DNA from: Candidatus Latescibacterota bacterium
GTDB lineage: Bacteria; Latescibacterota; UBA2968; UBA8231
DNA length: 64,000 nt
Reading direction: 5' to 3'
Assembly: GCA_965208105.1 (NCBI GenBank)
Contig: OZ242318.1
Location: 2,144,001-2,208,000 of the forward strand
The notes under the pieces are model-generated. The model searched no databases and was not told the DNA's origin. It was given only the letters and a program-made list of their open reading frames with translations. Shown in pieces: positions 31,501 through 41,028 of this stretch; position 1 is the first letter of the stretch, and each line of letters starts with the position of its first letter. The position numbers were made by a program, and so were the translations under genes.

Positions 31501-33494
31501 CCGGACAGACCGCCGTCCAGAGCTTCGACCTTCGCGTTCTCTGGGTCAATGATCCACCCCTGATCGTCAGCCGCAGTCCAGGCGATTCCATTCTCGTAAC
31601 CGACCCCGGCGCAGAAGCGGACTTTGTCGTCTCGGTCAGCGATGAAGAGGGCGATCCTCTGACCTACACCTGGACCCTGAACAATGTCCCGCAGCAGGGG
31701 ACATCGGACACGAGCCTGACCTTTCAACCCAGTACGACCGGGGTGGACACCCTGACCTTCCTGGCCGCAGACCCCTCCGGCACCACCGCGGTCTCCTGGT
31801 TTGTCGACGCCCGCAGGATCCCGAGAATCTACCTGCCTACCGAAACTGTCCGTTTCGGCGATGTAGCCCTCTCGGACACGGTCAAGGTGGCGCTCGAGAT
31901 CACCAACAGCGGCCATCTCGATCTCGAAATCACCAGCCTCCAGGTAGGCAATCTGCAATTCGTCGCTACCTTTGGCACCAGCGTGATTTCTCCGGGGACC
32001 AGCACGACTCTGGAACTGAGCTACATACCGTCCAGACGGGGCCCGACTGATAGCAGCATAGGGTTTGCCACCAATGATCCCGACAACCCCTCGGTGCGGA
32101 TTCCACTGCGTGGAGCAGGAGTCGTACCGACCCGGCTGGCCCTCGATCTGGATCCTGATCCGGGGTTCCAGGCACTGCAGGACACTACCCTGGCTCCGGG
32201 CGCGGGGGTTTCTCTGGCTTTCTTCGTCGAGGAGGCCTTGCAGCTTGTAAACTTCGAACTGCTCTTGAGCTTTGACCCCACGATCTTCAACCTGGCAGGA
32301 TTTGCCGCGGACGGTCCCGGTGAGGCCAATTTGCTGAAGTCGGGGGGGAACTCGGTGCTGCCTTCCGCTGCCACGCCAACGGACACCCTGTTGCAGGTTG
32401 GTGCCCGTACCCAGGAAGGAGCCCAGGGCGTCTCAGGTGACGGCCTGCTCGGCGTTCTATCCCTTGTAGTCGACCCCGCTGTAGTCGCCCGGGGACAAAC
32501 CAGCTCCATCCGCCTGGTCGAAGCTCGGTTGCAAAGCAGCGACCAAAGCAATCCGGATACCCTGCGTCCGGGATCAACTGCGAGTTTCCGGATACGGCCG
32601 GCGCTGGTGAGCGACTTCAATTACGACAACGTGGTCGACTTCGAGGACTTTTTCCTCTTCGCCGACCAGTTCGGCACGACCCCGGACTCGCCCAACTGGG
32701 ATTCGAGGTTCGATATCAACCAGGATGGAGCTTCTCTGAACAGAGTTGACTTCGAAGACTTCTTTGTCTTTGCCGAACAATTCGGCAGCGCGGCAGCCAA
32801 GCCCCTGGCCGCTCAGGTTGCCTCCTCCCGACACCTGCTGCTGCAAACGGTGCCCGCGAGTGGCGACCTCGACCGCGCCCGATTCGAGCTTCTCTGGCAG
32901 GGATCCCCTACGCCCCGCGGGTACGCCATTGCCTTGGAGTACGATCCGGAGGTGCTGCGCTTCGACGAGTTCCAGCCCCGTCCCGCCCATGACCCCCTGC
33001 CCCTGATCAGGCATGACCACTCCGGTCTCCTGGTATTCGCCGCCGGCCTTGCCTCAGGTCAGCCGCCATTTCAGGGCGACGACCTCGGCGTCCTGGTTTT
33101 CGAGCGTCTCTCCACCGGGACTACTACCCTTCGGTCCAGCCGCGCTCTGGCCTATACTCAAGGCAGGACGACTGAACTGGCCGCTCCACCGTCGGTGGTG
33201 CTGGCGGAATTGCCAAGGACCTATGTCCTCTTCCCCGCCTTTCCCAACCCTTTCAATCCCCAGACAACGGTGTCCTTCTTTCTACCCGAGGAATCCAAGG
33301 TCCGACTCCGAGTCTATGACCTTCTGGGCCGCCCGGTTCGCAACCTGGCCGCCGGGCGCCTGTCCGCCGGGTACCACACCTTGACCTGGAAGGGACGAAA
33401 CGAGTTCGGGCGCACGGTGGCGGCCGGGGTCTACCTGCTCGAATTGCGCGCCCGGGACTTTCGCCAGGTGCGAAAACTCCTGTTGCTCAAGTAG
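28575..33494 (+). CDS. Large secreted multidomain protein (beta-helix, Ig/cadherin-like repeats, cohesin-dockerin-cohesin, FlgD/T9SS-type C-terminal domain)
   Basis: Signal peptide; repeated N.PP.I.S.P..A.ED..Y.Y...A.D.D...WTP units; twin VDFEDFF.FA.QFG; FPNPFNP...VYDLLGR..GVY. Confidence 0.88.
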   Translation: MVFRATALFLVLGFLVVVPAQALRFYVDGSPALNDTTPPKGDDRRSVQSAQNDSTPFRTIAHALRVAHLVKEGRPHVISVERGTYSPSRGEVFPLVFTEPDIYISTRGLTIFDAEGKSNFFHLTGSTSDFVISGINFINGRAPQGGAIYARSCSLRVVDSRFFNNQATRNGHVVYVRNGRLKFINNVVRNSGSSTESIGVIETHNVFPDTVNRDEIRNNTFYRNPSPNIRSSSTRTDINSNIFLGEATLLDAASEADPMVRYNLFWETDVLYISDKGDTIGVHRTVFDTLAFTEVGISVPPFMTNSPPVKKLTSVGDTLTFEELGIMIPPRVTNIPDTLATVGQLYTHTIEVEGDPSEFSFESLTLPPGASTTGLRSIEWRPTFNDTGSHAVVVEIEDPEGRVDSLDYYITVYSGQNFPDTTDFLAVRDATGRIVGQAIATTKVEVPITVGDLHSFRIEVEGNRSAYHFHPLVFPIGTSTEDVENLGEIHWTPTIADTGSNQVRVEIIDPTGDLGYLNYNISVFTPESFPDTTAKGPVFRSTAVRDTTAAIEALNALIPSFSKPDSAMGNLFADPAFLDTTINRFELLNHSPARHAGDPATHLDNRFGGRNHIGSEGGPVNPGSRHPGTFLELDIVNVPDSLAVEGQAYGYDPILDPGAKISLVDLLQGPPSMFEAFGKLPPITWTPTLADTGTYLVGVKVFTNSGQGRQYYPLRVRPLNASPVVTSVPAPVAFEDSLYSYSVAATDEDGDAITFSLTSGPEGMKVDSRTGLLQWTPTQSDVGSISIRIKVDDGKGGTSHQQFTLEVLDTNDPPLITSTPDSTATEDSPYQYVLEATDPDPADTLSYSLVSGPSKISIDSLGVMRWTPPQSDVGTQTITLRVSDRRGGTADQNFRVVVSQVDDPPEIVSQPGTTATEDVLYRYDLLANDEEGGTLTYVLSVAPEDMRIDTTGGVEWTPTAADTGLHAIRIEVADPAGQTAVQSFDLRVLWVNDPPLIVSRSPGDSILVTDPGAEADFVVSVSDEEGDPLTYTWTLNNVPQQGTSDTSLTFQPSTTGVDTLTFLAADPSGTTAVSWFVDARRIPRIYLPTETVRFGDVALSDTVKVALEITNSGHLDLEITSLQVGNLQFVATFGTSVISPGTSTTLELSYIPSRRGPTDSSIGFATNDPDNPSVRIPLRGAGVVPTRLALDLDPDPGFQALQDTTLAPGAGVSLAFFVEEALQLVNFELLLSFDPTIFNLAGFAADGPGEANLLKSGGNSVLPSAATPTDTLLQVGARTQEGAQGVSGDGLLGVLSLVVDPAVVARGQTSSIRLVEARLQSSDQSNPDTLRPGSTASFRIRPALVSDFNYDNVVDFEDFFLFADQFGTTPDSPNWDSRFDINQDGASLNRVDFEDFFVFAEQFGSAAAKPLAAQVASSRHLLLQTVPASGDLDRARFELLWQGSPTPRGYAIALEYDPEVLRFDEFQPRPAHDPLPLIRHDHSGLLVFAAGLASGQPPFQGDDLGVLVFERLSTGTTTLRSSRALAYTQGRTTELAAPPSVVLAELPRTYVLFPAFPNPFNPQTTVSFFLPEESKVRLRVYDLLGRPVRNLAAGRLSAGYHTLTWKGRNEFGRTVAAGVYLLELRARDFRQVRKLLLLK

Positions 33495-33528
33495 AAACTC
33501 CTCCAATGGCCCTGGAGACCTCCCTATC

Positions 33529-33557
33529 TTGACAGCCCGTTCGGGGCAGCATATATT
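33529..33557 (+). promoter_or_regulatory. Sigma70-type promoter of rpmI-rplT
   Basis: TTGACA-17 bp-TATATT. Confidence 0.7.
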
Positions 33558-33608
33558 CTAAGTTTTCGCAGCCAACGCCTTACAACACAGTCAGGTATCG
33601 AGAGAACC

Positions 33609-33806
33609 ATGCCCAAGATCAAGACGCACAAATCCTCTGCCAAGCGCTTCAAGAGGCGAGGGTCGGGCAGCCTCAAGCGCCGCAACGCCTATGCCACCCA
33701 TAACCTGGCCAAGAAAACTGCCAAGCGCAAAAGGGGGTTTCGCAAGTCCGAGCCCATCGCCCCTGCAAACAGCGCCAGCATTCGACGCGCGCTCGGCATG
33801 AAGTGA
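33609..33806 (+). CDS. rpmI: 50S ribosomal protein L35
   Basis: [14 protein letters not shown]. Confidence 0.97.
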   Translation: MPKIKTHKSSAKRFKRRGSGSLKRRNAYATHNLAKKTAKRKRGFRKSEPIAPANSASIRRALGMK

Positions 33807-33819
33807 GGAGAGGGATAAC

Positions 33820-34173
33820 GTGCCAAGGGCGAAAAACAGCGTCTCATCCAGGAGGCGCCGGAAAAAGGTCATCAAGCTGGCCAGGGGATATTGGGGAGCC
33901 CGCAGCCGTCTATTCCGCACTGCCAGGGAGGCTGTGGACCGGGCTCAGGTTTACGCCTACCGGGACCGCCGCAGGAGAAAGAGGGACTTCCGCCGCTTGT
34001 GGATCGCCCGGATCAACGCTGCCGCCCGCCTCAATGGCGTTACCTACAGCCAGTTGATCAATGGCCTGGATCGGGCAGGGATTGAAATCAACCGGAAGAT
34101 TCTGGCCGATCTGGCCGTCAACGATGAGGCGGCATTCTCCGCCGTCGCAAAGCAAGCCAAGGCCCATCTCTAA
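33820..34173 (+). CDS. rplT: 50S ribosomal protein L20
   Basis: [22 protein letters not shown]. Confidence 0.98.
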   Translation: MPRAKNSVSSRRRRKKVIKLARGYWGARSRLFRTAREAVDRAQVYAYRDRRRRKRDFRRLWIARINAAARLNGVTYSQLINGLDRAGIEINRKILADLAVNDEAAFSAVAKQAKAHL

Positions 34174-34420
34174 CCGGTCTCGTCCCCGAGGAAACCGCCG
34201 GCGCCTTGGCGCAAAGGAGGGCCTTAGGAACTCGGGCCCCGCCGCGCTCGACTAGCAAGGCCTGCCTCCCAACCAATTCGCACATTCTGGAGAGCATGGG
34301 CGTCGGTCGTCCAGGCGAATGGACCGGCGCCGGCATGCCGGCCCACCGTCGGAGAACGGCCGCGACGGAACGACCTCCCATTCTTCCATGTGAAGCCGGG
34401 CTGATTTTGCGGCCAAATAT

Positions 34421-35443
34421 ATGCTTGAAGAAATAGAAGAGTTGCGCCGGGCTGCCCTAGCCGAAATAGAAGCTGCCGCAGACCTGCAGGTGCTGCAGCA
34501 GTTGCGCGTACGTCATTTGGGCCGCAAGAGCCGGCTGCGGCAAATCACGAGCGCAATCGGAACCCTCCCCCCCGGACAGCGCCCCGCCCTGGGCCGAGCC
34601 TCAGCCGAGGCCCGGGAGGTCCTTCAGACGGCCCTTGAAAAACGGCAACTGTTCCTCGCGGAAGCGGAAGAAACCGGCCCGGAGATGGACCTTACCCTGC
34701 CGGGACGACGACTCCTTGCCGGCAAGCTCCATCCGCTCACATGCATGAGCGAGGAACTCATCGAGGTCTTCCAAGGCATGGGATTCGGTGTTGCCGAGGG
34801 GCCGGAGATCGAGGATGAGTATCACAACTTCGACGCCCTGAATACGCCTGCCGACCATCCTGCGCGAGACCTGAACGACACCTTCTACCTGGAAGACGGC
34901 CGTCTCCTCCGCACCCATACCTCACCCGTACAGATCCGCGTCATGGAGACCACCCAGCCGCCGGTCCGTGTCGTCTCACCTGGACGCTGTTACCGCAAGG
35001 AAACCGTTGACGCCACTCACCACTATGTATTCCACCACTTCGAGGGACTCTATGTGGACCGCGGGGTATCGGTGGCCGACCTGAAGGGGACTCTCGAAGT
35101 AATGGGACGCCGGCTCATGGGAAAGGAAACCCAGGTCCGCTTTCGCCCCCACTTCTTTCCATTTACCGAACCCAGCATGGAGTATGATCTGTCCTGCTCC
35201 ATCTGCGGGGGGTCGCATCCAGGCTGCAAGATTTGCAAAGGTAGCGGCTGGCTCGAAATCGGAGGCGCGGGCATGGTCGATCCCGCCGTCTTCGAAGCTG
35301 TGGGCTACGACCCCGAGATCTACAGCGGCTTTGCTTTCGGCATGGGAATAGACCGGATCGCCATGATCCGCCACGGCATCGATGACATCCGCCTTTTCCT
35401 GGAAAACGACCTGCGCTTCATCAGGCAGTTTCATGGCTCATGA
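34421..35443 (+). CDS. pheS: Phenylalanine-tRNA ligase alpha subunit
   Basis: HPAR, LRTHTSPVQ, FPFTEP, FAFGMG. Confidence 0.97.
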   Translation: MLEEIEELRRAALAEIEAAADLQVLQQLRVRHLGRKSRLRQITSAIGTLPPGQRPALGRASAEAREVLQTALEKRQLFLAEAEETGPEMDLTLPGRRLLAGKLHPLTCMSEELIEVFQGMGFGVAEGPEIEDEYHNFDALNTPADHPARDLNDTFYLEDGRLLRTHTSPVQIRVMETTQPPVRVVSPGRCYRKETVDATHHYVFHHFEGLYVDRGVSVADLKGTLEVMGRRLMGKETQVRFRPHFFPFTEPSMEYDLSCSICGGSHPGCKICKGSGWLEIGGAGMVDPAVFEAVGYDPEIYSGFAFGMGIDRIAMIRHGIDDIRLFLENDLRFIRQFHGS

Positions 35444-37803
35444 AGATCACCTATAACTGGCTCAAAGAGTACATTGATTTTGCCTGGGACTACCCCGAGC
35501 TGGTCGACCGGCTGACCATGAGCGGACTGGAACGGGAATCGGTGGAGGATCTGGGGAAACGGTACCGCGGTGTAGTGGTCGGCGAAGTGCTGGAGTGCGT
35601 CCGGCATCCCAACGCCGACCGCCTGAAGGTGTGCAAGGTGGGCATTGGCTCGACCGCTCACACCATCGTCTGCGGCGCATCCAACGCGGCAGCGGGCAAG
35701 AAGGTCCCCGTCATCCTGCCCGGCCATTCTCTTCCCGACGGGACCCTGATTGGAAAATCCTCTATCCGCGGAGTCGAGTCCGCCGGCATGATTTGCTCCG
35801 AGGTTGAACTGGACCTGGGTTCAGACGCCAGCGGGATCATCGAGCTGCCCCCCGAAATGAAGACCGGGAAGTCCTTTGCCTCCCAGATGGGTCTCGACGA
35901 TGTGGTCATTGACTTCGAGGTTACCCCCAACCGCCCTGACTGCCTGAGCGTCTTCGGCATAGCCAGGGAGGTTGGCGCTCTGGCAGACGCCGACCTGAAG
36001 TTGCCGCCCCATTCGGTTGCGGAAACCGGTCCGCCCATTTCCAGCTCCATTTCCATTGAAATTGAAGATCCCCAATCCTGCAGGCGCTACGTCGGCCGGG
36101 TCCTGCGCAATGTCCGGGTCGGTCCTTCGCCTCCCTGGCTGCAGAGGCGCCTCCGCGCCGTAGGCCAGCGGCCGATCAACAACGTCGTCGATATCACCAA
36201 TTTCGTGCTGCTGGAACTGGGCCACCCGCTGCATGCCTTTGACCTGAACAAGCTGGAAGATTCCCGGATTGTGGTGCGCCGCGCCAAACAGGGCGAAGTC
36301 CTGGAAACCCTTGACGGAGTCCGCCGCGAGCTGAATCCCGAAATCCTCGTCGTCGCCGACGGCAAACGGGCTGTCGCCGCGGCCGGCATCATGGGCGGCG
36401 TCAACTCCGAGGTGACGGAAGAAACGGTGGATATTCTGCTCGAAAGTGCCTATTTTTCAGCCCCGCGGGTGCGGCGGGCAAAATCACTGCTGGGCATCAA
36501 CACCGAAGCCTCCATGCGCTTTGAGCGCGGCGCCGACTTTGCCATTCCACCACTGGCCATCGATCGCGCCGCCCACCTGATCTCGGCGCTCTGCGGCTGC
36601 CAGGTTGCGCCTGGCCGCCTCGATGTATGTCCGGCTCCTCTGGCCCGGACCCGGATCAGGGCCCGCGTCGGACGGATCAATCGATTGCTGAGCACTGACC
36701 TTGACCCAGGCACCGTATGCCACATCCTCAGGCGACTGGGATGCGAGGTGGAGAGAGAGGGTGAAATCCTGACCGTTGCCGCTCCCAGTTTCCGCCCCGA
36801 TCTGCAGCGCGAGGTCGACCTCGTCGAGGAGGTGGGACGTATCCACGGCTACGAGCACATAGTTTCAAGTTCGTCGGCCGGTGGACCACTGGGGACCGCC
36901 GCCAACTGCCCCTACAGGCTGCAGGGCATCATACGCCACCGCCTCGCGGGTCTGGGCCTCGACGAAGTCGTGAGCAACCCCTTCATCGAAGGGAAATGGC
37001 TTGAATTGCTGGAGGTCGACCTTGGTTCGCTCATTCAACTGGCAAACCCGCCCGCAGAGGACCAGGGTATAATGCGCCCTACCCTTATTCCCAGCCTGTT
37101 GGATATCGCGCGCCGCAACTTCAACCAGCGGGCCCCCACGGTGGCCATCTTCGAGGTGGGCAAGTGCTTCGCCAAATCCCGGGAGGCCTTGCGCTTGGCC
37201 GCTCTGTGGTCCGGCCGGTCCACCGCCTCGTCCTGGCAGGCCGACCACAGGGAAGTCGAGATTTGGGACCTGAAGGGATTGCTCGAGACCTTCCTCGATT
37301 TTTCGCCCGTGAGCTTCGTAGCAGCCAATCACCCGCAATTCCGCCGCGGCCAGGGCGCCCAGGTCCGCATCGGGGACCAGCCAGTGGGATCTCTGGGCAC
37401 GATAGCTCCAGCCCTGAGTAAGGCCTTTGATATCGAGCGGCCCGTGCATATCTTTGACCTTGACTTCCAGAGTCTGGCACAACACTGGAACCCGCATGGT
37501 TCCACCTTCAGGCCGCTGCCCAAGTTCCCACCTATCGAGCGCGACCTGGCCATCGTTCTCGACGACGGCATCAGCGGCGCTGATGTGGTCGCACAGATCC
37601 GCGCCACTGCGCCCCAACTTATCGAGACAGTGGAACCATTCGCCCTTTACCGGGGAGACCAGATCGCCGCCGGCCGCAAGAGCCTGACCTTTTCCATTCG
37701 GCTGCGATCCGGTGAAAAGACCCTGAAGGACGAGGATGCGGACGAGGTAATGGAGGCCATTCTGGATCGCCTGCGGAATGCCTTCGGCGCCGAATTGCGC
37801 TGA
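35440..37803 (+). CDS. pheT: Phenylalanine-tRNA ligase beta subunit
   Basis: HPNADRL, TPNRPD, DLVEEVGR, ERDLA, GAELR. Confidence 0.97.
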   Translation: MKITYNWLKEYIDFAWDYPELVDRLTMSGLERESVEDLGKRYRGVVVGEVLECVRHPNADRLKVCKVGIGSTAHTIVCGASNAAAGKKVPVILPGHSLPDGTLIGKSSIRGVESAGMICSEVELDLGSDASGIIELPPEMKTGKSFASQMGLDDVVIDFEVTPNRPDCLSVFGIAREVGALADADLKLPPHSVAETGPPISSSISIEIEDPQSCRRYVGRVLRNVRVGPSPPWLQRRLRAVGQRPINNVVDITNFVLLELGHPLHAFDLNKLEDSRIVVRRAKQGEVLETLDGVRRELNPEILVVADGKRAVAAAGIMGGVNSEVTEETVDILLESAYFSAPRVRRAKSLLGINTEASMRFERGADFAIPPLAIDRAAHLISALCGCQVAPGRLDVCPAPLARTRIRARVGRINRLLSTDLDPGTVCHILRRLGCEVEREGEILTVAAPSFRPDLQREVDLVEEVGRIHGYEHIVSSSSAGGPLGTAANCPYRLQGIIRHRLAGLGLDEVVSNPFIEGKWLELLEVDLGSLIQLANPPAEDQGIMRPTLIPSLLDIARRNFNQRAPTVAIFEVGKCFAKSREALRLAALWSGRSTASSWQADHREVEIWDLKGLLETFLDFSPVSFVAANHPQFRRGQGAQVRIGDQPVGSLGTIAPALSKAFDIERPVHIFDLDFQSLAQHWNPHGSTFRPLPKFPPIERDLAIVLDDGISGADVVAQIRATAPQLIETVEPFALYRGDQIAAGRKSLTFSIRLRSGEKTLKDEDADEVMEAILDRLRNAFGAELR

Positions 37804-37855
37804 CTACACTTTTGAGATAAAATTATTCAAGACCTAGACAGGAGCAGATTCGATC

Positions 37856-38104
37856 ATGGTTGTGGAGAGCAACTTTGAACGCTTGGAGAGGGAGGTCAAC
37901 CGCCTCGTAGAAGGGTTGGCCCAAATGCGGCAGGAAAATGCCGCGTTGCAGACCCGGATCGAGAACCTCAGAGCCGAAAACGAGCAACTCAAGACCAATC
38001 TACAGCTGGCAGAAGCACATTCTCAGGAAAGCCTCAAGAACCGCGAGGAAATCAAAGGTCGGATAGAGAATATTCTGACCAAATTGGAGGGAGTAGAGCT
38101 TTAG
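37856..38104 (+). CDS. zapB: Cell division ZapB-like coiled-coil protein
   Basis: All coiled coil; lies between pheT and zapA. Confidence 0.75.
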   Translation: MVVESNFERLEREVNRLVEGLAQMRQENAALQTRIENLRAENEQLKTNLQLAEAHSQESLKNREEIKGRIENILTKLEGVEL

Positions 38105-38174
38105 GACTCTGCGCCAGGACGATTTCAGGTTTTCAGGCCGGACGCGGTAAATCCTTCCCGAAACAGTTACCAAA

Positions 38175-38504
38175 ATGGCAGATGGCGATCCTACTAATGT
38201 AGCTGTCAATATATTCGGCAAGACCTACACTTTCGCCTCCGATCGAGATTTGGGCGCGGAGCACATCCTGCAGGTCGCCCAACTCGTGGACGAAAAGATG
38301 CGTGCCATTTCCCAATCGCACCGTCACCCGTCCTCGCTGCAAATAGCCATTCTGACTGGACTGGAACTGGTAGACGAGCTGTTCAAGCTGGAGAGCGACT
38401 ACCAGGATGCCGAATCCGATATTGTCCGGCGCACTTCCAGGCTGGTGGCTTCTCTCGACCGCGCCTTTCGGGAACCTGAGACCAAGTCGTCCAATCCAGC
38501 ATAA
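38175..38504 (+). CDS. zapA: Cell division protein ZapA
   Basis: VNIFGKTY..VAQLVDEKM..IAIL. Confidence 0.88.
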   Translation: MADGDPTNVAVNIFGKTYTFASDRDLGAEHILQVAQLVDEKMRAISQSHRHPSSLQIAILTGLELVDELFKLESDYQDAESDIVRRTSRLVASLDRAFREPETKSSNPA

Positions 38505-38528
38505 ATCCCCAAACAAGGGAGAAAAGGT

Positions 38529-40091
38529 ATGGCCCCCGTGGGCGAGGTGGTCCTCGCATTCACCATCTCTGCGCTTGCCTTCCTCCTCGGCTGGTTGGCG
38601 AACGAACGGATACGCCGGAGAAAAATCGACAGCGCTCAGGTAGCCGTCAGGAAGATTATCTCAAATGCCGAGGAAGATGCGGAGACCCTGAAAAAGACCG
38701 CTGTCCTGGAAGCCAAGGACGAATGGCGCCGCGAGCGCGACCCTTTGGAAAAGGAGTTGGAAACAGCCAGCCGCTCTTTGCGCGACCTGGAGGCCAAACT
38801 TCTCGAGCGGGAGCAGCAACTCGACCGCAAGGTCGACATCCTGGACGGCAAGGAGCGCAGGTTGCTGAAAACCGAAAAGACATTCGAGCAGCACAGGGAA
38901 AAGGCCGCGGCGGATGAGGCCATGATTGAGGAAATGATCCGCGAGCAGCAACAGCGGCTGGAATCCCTGGCCGGCATGGACCGGGCGGAGGCGCGCGAGA
39001 TGCTCATCTCCCAGCAGGAAGAGAGCGCCCGGCAATTTGCGGCCCGCAAGGTGAAGGAGATCAAGGACAACGCCATTGCCTCCGCCAACCGCGAGGCCAA
39101 AGACATAGTGGCTCGCTCGATTCAGCGCTTTGCCGGCGAGCTGAGCGTGGAAAGCACCGTCTCGGTAGTCAACATCCCCTCCGACGAAATGAAGGGGCGC
39201 ATCATTGGCCGCGACGGGCGCAATATCCGGTCTTTCGAGATGATAACCGGTGTCGAGGTCATCGTCGACGACACACCTGGAATGGTGATGCTCTCGAGTT
39301 TCGATCCGCTGCGCCGGGAGGTGGCCAGAAACACCCTGGAAAAGCTGATTCTGGACGGACGCATCCACCCTGGGAGGATCGAAGAAATCTACGAAAAGGC
39401 GCGGGCAGACGTCGAAGAGCTCATCCGTGAATCCGGTTCAAAGGCGGCCTTCGACCTGGGTATTCACGATTTGGCCGAACCCTTGCTGGAGCTGCTTGGC
39501 CAGCTGCGATTTCACACGAGCCATGGCCAGAATCTACTCACTCACAGCAAGGAAGTGGGCTTTCTCGCCGGCATGATGGCCGACGAGCTCCGGCTGAACG
39601 CAGCTCTTGCCCGCCGTGCGGGCCTCCTTCACGACATTGGCAAGGCCATAAGCCACGAAGTAGGCAGCGACCCGGTCCAGGCAAGTGCTGCCCTGGCGCG
39701 CAAATGCGGCGAGAACCCCGATGTTGTCCAGGTAATCGAAACGCACAGCCACGACGTCCCTTCGCGGTCGACGATCGCCATACTGGTGGACATTGCCAAC
39801 GACGTGTCAACCAGCCGGCCCGGAGCCCAGAACGAAAAAGGTGAACAGTACGCGAGGCGCCTGGAACACATCGAGAAAATCGCCCTGAGCCTGTCGGGAG
39901 TGGAAAAAGCCTATGCCCTGCAGAACGGCAGGGAAATCCGGGTCCTGGTTGACAGCGCCATCGTGGACGATGCATATGCCGATCAAATCGCCGATGAGAT
40001 CGCCGACAAACTGGAACAGGAATTGGATCAGCCTGGGCAGATAAAGGTCTGTATCATCCGCGAGGTCCGCGCAATCCACTATGCCCGTTGA
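38529..40091 (+). CDS. rny: Ribonuclease Y (degenerate HD domain)
   Basis: N-terminal TM, coiled coil, KH domain MKGRIIGRDGRNIR, LLHDIGK; zapA-rny-ymdB synteny. Confidence 0.92.
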   Translation: MAPVGEVVLAFTISALAFLLGWLANERIRRRKIDSAQVAVRKIISNAEEDAETLKKTAVLEAKDEWRRERDPLEKELETASRSLRDLEAKLLEREQQLDRKVDILDGKERRLLKTEKTFEQHREKAAADEAMIEEMIREQQQRLESLAGMDRAEAREMLISQQEESARQFAARKVKEIKDNAIASANREAKDIVARSIQRFAGELSVESTVSVVNIPSDEMKGRIIGRDGRNIRSFEMITGVEVIVDDTPGMVMLSSFDPLRREVARNTLEKLILDGRIHPGRIEEIYEKARADVEELIRESGSKAAFDLGIHDLAEPLLELLGQLRFHTSHGQNLLTHSKEVGFLAGMMADELRLNAALARRAGLLHDIGKAISHEVGSDPVQASAALARKCGENPDVVQVIETHSHDVPSRSTIAILVDIANDVSTSRPGAQNEKGEQYARRLEHIEKIALSLSGVEKAYALQNGREIRVLVDSAIVDDAYADQIADEIADKLEQELDQPGQIKVCIIREVRAIHYAR

Positions 40092-40109
40092 CCAGGCCAG
40101 CAGGCCATC

Positions 40110-40925
40110 TTGAGAATACTATTCGTCGCTGATATCTATGCCCGCGCCGGACGTCGGGCGGCTGCAGACCAGATTCCCCGACTGATCAGGGAGCACAGCG
40201 TGGACTTCTGCATAGTCAACGGCGAAAATGCCGCAGGAGGTTTTGGACTGACGGGGAATATCGCCCGCAAACTGCGAAGCTACGGCGCTGACGTGATCAC
40301 CACGGGGAACCACGTGTGGGACCGCAAGGACTTCCTTCCCTTCCTCAATAACTCGGAGTTTGTCCTGCGTCCATTCAACTACCCTGCGGAGGCTCCGGGT
40401 GCGGGTTCCATCGTCGTCACGTCGCGCCTGGGGAAGCCGGTGGGGGTCCTGAACCTTCAGGGCCGCACCCACTTGCCCAGCACGAGCTGCCCCTTTCGGC
40501 AGGGCCACAGCGAAATACAGCGCCTGAAAAGGGAAACCCCCATCATCTTCGTCGATTTTCACGCTGAGGCCACTGCCGAGAAGATTGCCATGGGATGGTA
40601 CCTGGACGGATTGGCCTCTGCCGTAATCGGCACCCACACTCACGTGCAGACGGCCGACGAACGGATCCTGCCCAAAGGGACGGCATATTTGACCGATGCG
40701 GGCATGACCGGACCGCATGATTCGGTGATCGGAGTCCGCTCCGAAATAGCCATCCAGCGCTTCCTCACCCAGGTCCCCATCCGCTTCAAGCCGGCAGAAT
40801 ACAATGTCAAACTTTGCGGAGCGTTGATCGACGTGGACGATGAAAGCGGACGCGCCTTGAAGATCCAGCGCCTGCAGATCAGCGCCCGACTCAACCACAT
40901 GGAAGGAGATGGAGAAGGCGATTGA
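40110..40925 (+). CDS. ymdB: YmdB-family metallophosphoesterase
   Basis: NGENAAGG, TTGNH, DFHAEATAEK, GTHTHVQTAD. Confidence 0.93.
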   Translation: MRILFVADIYARAGRRAAADQIPRLIREHSVDFCIVNGENAAGGFGLTGNIARKLRSYGADVITTGNHVWDRKDFLPFLNNSEFVLRPFNYPAEAPGAGSIVVTSRLGKPVGVLNLQGRTHLPSTSCPFRQGHSEIQRLKRETPIIFVDFHAEATAEKIAMGWYLDGLASAVIGTHTHVQTADERILPKGTAYLTDAGMTGPHDSVIGVRSEIAIQRFLTQVPIRFKPAEYNVKLCGALIDVDDESGRALKIQRLQISARLNHMEGDGEGD

Positions 40926-41028
40926 ACCAATCTCCGCCCAGCGAACCAACATCCTCCATTCCCCCCCGGTTCGATACCTTTTCCCTTTTCCAGATTCGCA
41001 CCCATAGTCCCATTCCCCTGTACCCTGA

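Noticed and set aside
34174-34420. pheST attenuator or T-box
   Set aside because: No Phe-rich leader peptide or T-box consensus.
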